This document shows positions 45,004 through 52,970 of a DNA stretch of 64,000 nt, one piece after another (the first letter of the stretch is position 1; the number at the start of each line of letters is the position of its first letter). This DNA comes from Porphyridium purpureum (Eukaryota), in the NCBI GenBank assembly GCA_008690995.1, contig VRMN01000001.1, positions 2,294,001 through 2,358,000 on the forward strand. Reading direction: 5' to 3'. The position numbers and the translations under genes are program-made. The notes under the pieces were generated by a model. The model ran no database searches, was not told where the DNA came from, and worked only from the letters and a program-made list of their open reading frames with translations.

Positions 45004-45300
45004 ATGGCTTTCGTCTCGATCTCGGGCTTGTCGACAGTGTCGACCAACAAGATCCAGAAGACCTGCGCGAGGACCGCCTCGGTGGCGCGCTCCAACAGCA
45101 AGGTCATTGTGGCTGCCGGGCCGCAGACTGAGGAGAAGAACAAGGTGAAGCCGGGTTTCACCTTGGCGAATGAGACTCTGAATGGGCGTGCCGCCATGAT
45201 TGGGTTTGTGCTTGCGCTTGTGACGGAGATTGTGTCCCCGCAGCACCCGACGCTTTTGCAGCAGATTCACACCTTGTTGCCGTTTGTCCCGCTCGTCTAA
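45004..45300 (+). CDS. HLIP: High-light-inducible one-helix protein (HLIP/OHP family), nuclear-encoded
   Basis: MAFVS transit peptide; GFT..NETLNGRAAMIGF..ALVTE motif. Confidence 0.94.
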   Translation: MAFVSISGLSTVSTNKIQKTCARTASVARSNSKVIVAAGPQTEEKNKVKPGFTLANETLNGRAAMIGFVLALVTEIVSPQHPTLLQQIHTLLPFVPLV

Positions 45301-48140
45301 CTTCAGTTGTCTGGGCGGGTCGCAGTGAAAGTGGTTGTGCTTCTTGTGAAGGTTGAAAGCATTTGGATGAAATAAAAAAGGCGAAGCCGTTGTAACAATT
45401 GAAAAGAGTCTACGCTCGGCTCCTATCCAAAATCTATCCAACATATATCTACGTTGGAAATTTCCCTATAGTAACCTGTGAATGTGGATACACGAACACG
45501 CCCTCGATGCGCAGAGGAGGACTCCTGTAAAGAAATACGTTGCACCTTGTTCGTTTGTCCCAAGGCCGTTGGCACAAGCCCAGAAGAGGAGCCGCAGAGA
45601 AAAATGTAAATTTACCTCCGAAGTGCGGTTCAGCCGTATGCGAACGCGATCGGGCAGCCTTCACACCTGTGCAGAAACGCGCCAAGCTCACTTCACATGA
45701 ACGTGCAGCACACAGAGTACGACGCTGCACATTTTCTGCGACTGTCTTCTAAAGCGACACCGGATGATAGCTGCAATGGTTGGCTCTGAAGGAGGCATCG
45801 AGACAGATATGCGCACGACGGCACTGTCCCGGCTTTGAATTCTTGCTGGCGTGGAAATGGGTGGGGTGGAGCATATTAATCTACCACGAGCTGCGCGGCA
45901 CGACGATACCTGCATGCGAAATGGAGTCGTGTCTGAATGAGCGTTCGACGTGCTCGCCGGATTGAGCTGCGCAGATACACTGTGTTAGTCACATTGTCGT
46001 GACCGGTCATCTTGATGGCCAGCCAATCCGCTCAGAATGAGGCTATTGAGTATGGTGAGGATGGTTGTTTCTGTCGTGAAGGCGGTGGTGGTGGTCGGCG
46101 TGGTCTTGCACGCGCCGAGGACATCGGAGCGCCACATAATACCGGAAGGTGTCTGCTGCACGACGCAGGAATAGAGATCCGAGCTTGTGGTATCGAATCG
46201 TAGATCGCACAGGATGATTCGTAGTATGTCTGTTTCTATCTCCAAGCAGTATTCAGTACGACGACTCACCTGCAAGTGATGTCTCTGAGCGTGATGCACA
46301 CTCGGATAGGAAGCGCATGTCGTTGTCCTTTGATGACCCAATGCACAAAGCATCTGCCCGAGTTTGCGGGTGGGTCCGACTGAGTTCTCTCTTCCTGAGT
46401 CGGTCTGCCCGATATGTACGGTGAATTAACGGGCAACCAGTTCCACAAGTCACAGGCATAGCTTGTGCTCCTGCTATCATCGCTCGAAACCAGCTCCTGC
46501 GCGTTGTGCTGCGCGCTAGACATACGTACGGGCTCCACATGAACTTGCGTCTGCTTTTTCAGTGAACGGATAACGCCGTTGCGCTCAGGGGCACACTCCA
46601 TAGAGTTTGATGCCATGAGTACCAAAAGTTACGACCTCGTGCCGCCTGACCTCGAAAAGTACGCCGCGCACACGATGAGTTGCCGTGGCCGTAGCAAAAC
46701 TGATCTCCGGACGAGACGAGAGATACGAATTCGTCTCACTCTGGGAGGACGCATCGGCAACGCCTAGTGCGTGCGCGAGTCGTCCCTGTCTAAAAACATC
46801 TTCAGCGTGGAGCGCAGCCCCGGCAGGATTTCAATGGTTTGGACCCGAGCTGACTACGCTTTGGCCGCTTCGGTGCCCTGACCTTTCTCAGGCTCGGGGA
46901 CATATGGATTCCTAACCGCAGCCATCATGTCAGTTCATTTTCATCGTGACCATCATCATGCATTCCGGCTGCACCTCCGCAATCCAGTGCGTTCGGCTGA
47001 GATGCGCTTGCGCCACGGCAGCCGCGCCACGGTGCCAGCAAACGTCTGCAGAGTGGCTTTGACTGTTGTGGCGTCGCCAGCACGTGCGCACGGGGCCACG
47101 CCAACCAGAGCGTCGTGCTCTGTTGGCAGATGGAACCTGTGCTCCTCCGGCCCTGAACGGGTGGTCCATCTGCACCCAAGCATGTGGACACGCACGCGCG
47201 CGCACCATACCACACGCGTGAGCTGGAAACGCACCAACACCCAGTCGCCTCACTCCAGCCGCTGTGCTAAAATTGGAACACCGCCCCGATCTCAACTGTA
47301 CTCATCATGCCACTGAATTTACGCGGGTCAAATTCATGCTGTGCCGCTCTGCGGCGCGGGTGTGTGTCGCCCATTCACATTCCTCAGCCGTCCGCTTCTC
47401 GCGTGTCCACTCTAGGTAGTGCCAAAACGCTGGCAGCTTACCGCCGGTCGTTTTGGTGCGTTTGAATCCGGCCAAAATATCACAAAGGTGCCTCAATTTC
47501 CACGAAATCAGCCGGGGTTGATACATGGCCCCTCCTTGATTTCTTCCAGTTACCACGTGGCCATAAGTGGAACGGCGAAATACACACACACATCGATTCA
47601 GACGCGAAAAAGTGGTCCTTTCGTGTGTGGCTTACATGTCGGCTCTTGTTTCTAATTTTGTCTGCGCCAATCGAGGCCACGCACCAAAAATCCCACCGCT
47701 GGAAACCTGCTCGCTTGCTATTGCGGAGCGCGATATTGGCGATGCAAGTTGATTGGCGGGTTTGAGCCGGCCAACCAGGTGTTTGAATCAGGGGGTCATG
47801 GGGTTGTGGTGGTTCATGGTTGAAACATAGCACGTGCGCGAACCAGTTCGAAATCACGCCGTCGCAAGTGCCCCTCCGCACCCCGCAACTGTGTAATGTG
47901 GTGTGTGGAAGCGGCGAGAGGAAGATCGAGGATGGAGTTCGGCTCTGAATTCGGCCCGTTTTCCAAAAAAGAGTGCCAGTTTGGTGCAGGCGCTGTGGAA
48001 CTGGCCGGGTGCCAGAGACGCGCAGCGCGGCATCATTTTGCTATGCACTGTGACTCTCTCTCCGCTCACGACATGAGCGTGGCTTGTTGGCAAGACACCA
48101 TCACGCCAATGGCTTTGAATCAGACGCCGCGGAGTCGCAA

Positions 48141-48148
48141 TATATAAA
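48141..48148 (+). promoter_or_regulatory. Candidate TATA box
   Basis: TATATAAA about 210 bp upstream of ATG 48354. Confidence 0.45.
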
Positions 48149-48353
48149 GTATGCGCGTCGCCTGGGCAGTGAGGGAGAAGGCGAGGATGAGACGTGGCAT
48201 GAGGCGTCGAGGAAGGGGCGGAAGATCAGAGACTTGCTCCACGCGATCCCGTTGATATAGGAAACTACAGAGCATCAAGTGTGAGGGAATAGTAGGTGCT
48301 TAGGAGCGTGCTGCGCACGGGAAGGTGACCACTGGGTCGAACGCAAACATAGG

Positions 48354-51341
48354 ATGGCACGCACGAGTGCCGCGCTGCTCCTGGTACTACTCGCTGGAGT
48401 AGTGGGTGCAACGCCGCTATCCGAGTCCGTCGCGGAACGCTATGTGGTTCAGACGCAGGATATCTGCTTTACAACAGACTTGGGCGTGGACGTGAAGGGT
48501 TGCCGAAACATTAACTTTTGGGTTAATGGCGATAACGGAGCTTATGGATCGTTCTGGGACGCCCTCTTCCTCCAAGAGTCCCGAAAAGGAGAGTCACCCG
48601 CGGACAACGTTTTTGAGCTTAAATGCCCTGCGGATCGTGCTGTGTACGCTGGTGGAAACTGCATGTGGAGCTCGTTCGACGATCCGAATGCACAGACTAT
48701 CTGCCCGGGCACATGGACCGGACCGACCGAGTTTTCAGTTCCCGAGCCAATCTATCCATCTTCGCCGTTGGAAGTGGTGAAGGCGCTTGTGGACGAGGAC
48801 AAATGGCTCATCATCGAGGACGACCTTCACGAAATCAAATTCTCTGGCACGAACTGGGAGGATCACATTGGTTTCTCCCTCGTATCGGTCGAAGACCACG
48901 AGTACGCTAGCACGTCTGATAGGTTGGTGGTGTTCAGTACAGGTGGCGCTGCCGAGGGTTTGCACAGGAAGCAAATGTGCACCAACGTCTATGGTGACAA
49001 CAATGGAGGAACAGACGACTCTATCTTTACGATGAACGGGGACCCTGCGCCATTTTTGAGTGTGTGCCAGAATGACTATTTTGCGCCTGAGACTCTCGAG
49101 ACGAGCTCGTGTGCAGTAATGCAGTTCTATTTGTGTGCCAACGTGGACGGAGTCTGCGACTACTCAAATCCGGCGGCCGACAGGATGGTTCTGGACGACC
49201 TTAACTTTGGATTTGGGTTTGCGTCTGCTGAGTACTTTGTGTTTGACGGAAGGTTGGGTGAGAATACGTTGTTTAGCGATGTGGCGGCTATCAGCGTGGT
49301 TGCGCTGGGCCTGCCCTCCGAAAACGATGACTACCCCTACGTGTCATTGTGGAATCCAGAGACTTCAACTATCCGAGGCAACCGCGCTCAACTGCCGGAC
49401 ATGCTGGGAGAGGTCTCCGTCGGAAACGTGAACTTGCAGTCGAATCCTGAGTTTTTCCGCAGTCAGGACGCTGTGCCTAATGCCAAGATTGAGAGTTTTG
49501 GATGGTCTTCATTCTTGCAGGCACCATTTCCGGATGCTATTCTTCGCAACACCGTGTATCAACTTACAGTTGGCGTTTGCGATTGTGGCAACTCCTCATC
49601 AGTCTTCTCGTCCGCCTTGTATCTTGGCGCGGACTCAATCACTCGCTGCAGCTTCACGCCAAGCGCAAAGGATTGTTCCTACGACGCTGCTGCGTATGAT
49701 CTGCTTGGAGAAGTTAACGGGGTTATTCAGCTTCGCCTGAGGGATTCAGTTTGCCCCGTCATGCTGAAACCCACGTTTGAAAACGAGTGCGGTGGCCCAG
49801 GACAGTTTATGCGCGAAGTGAGCTCCGTGACGAACAGCGATGGATCAATCACTCAGGTGTTCGAATCTGCTTTCCGTCCTGACAGTGAGTTCGGAAGATG
49901 CTCGTACCAGCTTTTCAATGTGGAGAATCGTCCTCCAACAGCAACCATCACGGTTGCGCCCACGGAGAAGCAGCTGGATGCCGCCAACCCGAATGGAGAT
50001 GCACCTGTCCTGTACACTTGGACTGCGACGGGTTGTGACTTGGTCAAGGTTGAGATTACATACGACGCTTCCGACAAGGCGCCTGCGGCCCTCAAGCCGG
50101 TGAACCCAACGTACGTTGAAAACTACCCCGTGCCGTATCCGCAAGTCGATGGTGACTCGGAGACAGTCACATATAGGTATGCAGAGCCGGAGCGTAGCTT
50201 CCGAAATAACGCAGGCCAGTTGTACAAGCTGGAGTTGGGTACAACGCTGTACACTGCTGTTATTGTGGCAACAGACTCGTTCGGTCGCACGGCCACGGCG
50301 AACCAGAGTGTCTGCATCGGTGAAAACTGGGTGAACCCCGTCGGGCAGGATCTGATGGGTAATGCAATCCCAACCCTGTTGAATTTCGTGTGCTCAGACG
50401 ATGATGACAATGTCGGAGGAACGCCCACACCGTCGCCATCGCCGTCGCCGTCGCCGTCGCCGTCGCCATCGCCGTCGCCATCGCCATCGCCATCGCCATC
50501 GCCATCGCCGTCGCCATCGCCTCCGGAGGAGTACTGCTGCTCACCGCATGACCATGGAGCAGTTTGCCCTGTTGTCTCGAACCCGCCGGAGACAACTTCA
50601 GCGAGCAGCGGGTCAGAAAAGTCTGGTCACAGCGGATCGGAGAAGTCAAATAGCAGCGGGTCAGAGAAATCAGGACACAGTGATTCGGAGACGTCAGGAA
50701 ACAGTGGGTCAGAAAAGTCCGGGCACAGCGGATCTTCTGACTCAGAATCGGATTCCGAATCGAGCGACGGAAAAAACAAGAGGAAATTCTCGGTTGACTC
50801 GATTCGTACGGGCCGCGGCCGTGGAGGCAGGGGTCGTGGTGGTCGAGGAGGTTCGTCGCACTCCAGTGACTCGGAGAAGAGTGATGGCTCGCAATGCAGC
50901 GAGTCAGAGGTCGAGAAAACTAAGGTTCCGGAAGTTTGCTGCCCATGTACTTGTCCTGTTCCGCCACCGAAGCTGCCGACGTGCGGCAAGGAGAGCAGTG
51001 GTTCGGAAAAGAGTGATTCGGAAAAGAGTGGTTCGGAAAAGAGTGGTTCGGAAAAGAGTGGTTCGGAAAAGAGTGGTTCGGAAAAGAGCGGATCTGAGAA
51101 GAGCGGATCTGAGAAGAGCGGATCTGAGAAGAGCTGCTCGGAGAAGAGCGGTTCCGAAAAGAGTAATTCCGAGAAAAGCTGTTCAGAGAAGAGCGGTTCC
51201 GAAAAGAGCGGTTCCGAAAAGAGTGGCTCTGGAAGGAGTCGTTCGGAAAGGAGTGGTTCGGAGAAGAGCTGCTCGGAAACCTCGAGCGGTTCAGAAAGCT
51301 CTAGGGGTCGGGGAAGGTCTCGAGGCGGGAGAAGGCACTGA
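48354..51341 (+). CDS. Secreted glycoprotein paralog 1: choice-of-anchor L-like domain, beta-rich domain, (SP)15 rod, Cys motifs and SGSEK repeats
   Basis: Signal peptide MARTSAALLLVLLAGVVG; VVFSTG, CAVMQF, FASAEY, FSDVAA, NRAQLP, VSVGNVN, ESFGWS, YQLTVGVCD..FSSALYL. Confidence 0.85.
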   Translation: MARTSAALLLVLLAGVVGATPLSESVAERYVVQTQDICFTTDLGVDVKGCRNINFWVNGDNGAYGSFWDALFLQESRKGESPADNVFELKCPADRAVYAGGNCMWSSFDDPNAQTICPGTWTGPTEFSVPEPIYPSSPLEVVKALVDEDKWLIIEDDLHEIKFSGTNWEDHIGFSLVSVEDHEYASTSDRLVVFSTGGAAEGLHRKQMCTNVYGDNNGGTDDSIFTMNGDPAPFLSVCQNDYFAPETLETSSCAVMQFYLCANVDGVCDYSNPAADRMVLDDLNFGFGFASAEYFVFDGRLGENTLFSDVAAISVVALGLPSENDDYPYVSLWNPETSTIRGNRAQLPDMLGEVSVGNVNLQSNPEFFRSQDAVPNAKIESFGWSSFLQAPFPDAILRNTVYQLTVGVCDCGNSSSVFSSALYLGADSITRCSFTPSAKDCSYDAAAYDLLGEVNGVIQLRLRDSVCPVMLKPTFENECGGPGQFMREVSSVTNSDGSITQVFESAFRPDSEFGRCSYQLFNVENRPPTATITVAPTEKQLDAANPNGDAPVLYTWTATGCDLVKVEITYDASDKAPAALKPVNPTYVENYPVPYPQVDGDSETVTYRYAEPERSFRNNAGQLYKLELGTTLYTAVIVATDSFGRTATANQSVCIGENWVNPVGQDLMGNAIPTLLNFVCSDDDDNVGGTPTPSPSPSPSPSPSPSPSPSPSPSPSPSPSPSPPEEYCCSPHDHGAVCPVVSNPPETTSASSGSEKSGHSGSEKSNSSGSEKSGHSDSETSGNSGSEKSGHSGSSDSESDSESSDGKNKRKFSVDSIRTGRGRGGRGRGGRGGSSHSSDSEKSDGSQCSESEVEKTKVPEVCCPCTCPVPPPKLPTCGKESSGSEKSDSEKSGSEKSGSEKSGSEKSGSEKSGSEKSGSEKSGSEKSCSEKSGSEKSNSEKSCSEKSGSEKSGSEKSGSGRSRSERSGSEKSCSETSSGSESSRGRGRSRGGRRH
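50433..50522 (+). repeat. (TCGCCR)15 coding repeat encoding (Ser-Pro)15
   Basis: Read directly from the sequence. Confidence 0.95.
50997..51281 (+). repeat. 15-bp coding minisatellite, about 19 units encoding S[GDCN]SEK
   Basis: Variants agtggttcggaaaag, agcggatctgagaag and agcggttccgaaaag occur in blocks. Confidence 0.95.
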
Positions 51342-52817
51342 AGTATCTACAGTAGTGACTCCGAAGATTTACGTGGCAGACGATAGTGAACGATTTATGC
51401 GACTCGTATGAGTTGGGTCGCTCTTGCGGCTACTGATCATTGGATTATTATACGCACACATATTCACAAGGTAAGAGCGCTGCCACACTCCGCCTCTCTT
51501 ATTCCTGAGCAAAGGCACACGCGGCGGGGGCTTTCACCGACCTTTCTGAATGTTGTTGTGCATGGGAAACTATGAGTAAAGTAAATTTCTTCGATGCGTG
51601 TAATCCTTGGGACCATGTTGATGAGAGACAAACTTGAGAAGAGCAAAAATGCCCAACTTGGCAGAAAGCAGTACGGCATCGCCACGAGCCCGTCCGCCCG
51701 CAGCGCAGCTCTCTTTATTTAAATCCTTGAGCGGGCGTAAGAAATTCATGTGGTGCGCCGCGCACACTGGCCACGAGTCTCTTTGAACTGATCGCGGCGC
51801 GTGCAGTGATGCTGGGCAAAGGTTACCAAATAATGCGTATCCGTGGAAAGAATTGAACATCTTTCCATGTCTTGTGTTTGAAAGAGCGTTCGGAATTTCA
51901 TGCGCCGCCTGAAGACCTTGGACCATTCCTCCTCTACTTCCAATCATTTTCCATCCTTCCCGCCTCTGTGCGGCAAATTAGCCTTTGTATCCCTCGCATT
52001 TACACAAGATGCAACGAAACACACCTCGCCGCCATTGCCGCTCCAACTGGACATCCTCCCCGTCCTACGCGCCACTCCACAAACCTCACCCATTCATGAC
52101 CCCAAAACATCCCACTTACCTGTAAATCCTCACACGCCAACAAACCCATCCAACCCCATTCACTCAGGCATTCCACACACACACGCCGCCACAAACAGTC
52201 GTGCGCAAGTGGCTCTTATTGGCGCCTTGTTTGTTCTTTATTCCTTATTCCTTATTCCTTATTCCCCCTTCATCCAACCTGCTTGGATGAAAACCAAAAA
52301 TACACACGCACACGCGCCACTAGAGAACCCGAGCCACAAAAAGCCGCAAAGAGAGGGAATAGCAGTAGCAACATCAACACCAATTATAAAAAAAAATAAA
52401 AAAAAAAATTGGGGCCCAACACGGTAAAACGATTCCTTCCAGCGCGCCGAGCCACTTTTTGGGTATAGAGAATAGCTGCACGTGACTATTGCACGCCCGG
52501 CTTACGTGCGGACGGCTTATTGTTATTCCCTCCTCTTGTGGGTGAGTGCAGTGCGTGACGTGACGGTATCACGGACGCGCTCGTTCCGACGCAGATTTAC
52601 TAGGCTGCGCGCGCGCCGCACGCGTAACCCAATGAGGCGTGGTGGTGAATCGGAAGGTGGCACCCGCGCAAGAACCCCCCTGTGGAGCTAAACGAGCCGG
52701 ATTCCGGGAAAAGAGGGAATATCGCGTGCGTGCGGCTAATATCCTGGCACATCCCATCATCGCCCGCCCTTGCACGCCATGCGCCGCAGCCGCTTTGAAT
52801 TCGGCTCAGGCACAACC

Positions 52818-52823
52818 TATAAA
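52818..52823 (+). promoter_or_regulatory. Candidate TATA box
   Basis: TATAAA about 150 bp upstream of ATG 52971. Confidence 0.4.
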
Positions 52824-52970
52824 CTGCCGACCGGGTCTCCCGACCTCTCACCGCGCAAGATGGATGCCAGGCACGAGCCAGCAAAGAGACACGGCGAGGA
52901 ACGGCTTCTCGAGCAACTGTTCTTCTTTCGTCCGCAGCCCTGACGTTCGGAAGGCTGTTCAGCGTCAAAG

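Noticed and set aside
45450..48100. Scattered 60-130 aa ORFs
   Set aside because: No motifs, no consistent frame and no TIR/LTR; treated as intergenic or decayed sequence.
50401..51411. Arg-rich 336-aa alternative-frame ORF
   Set aside because: It is a shadow frame of the SP and SGSEK repeats.
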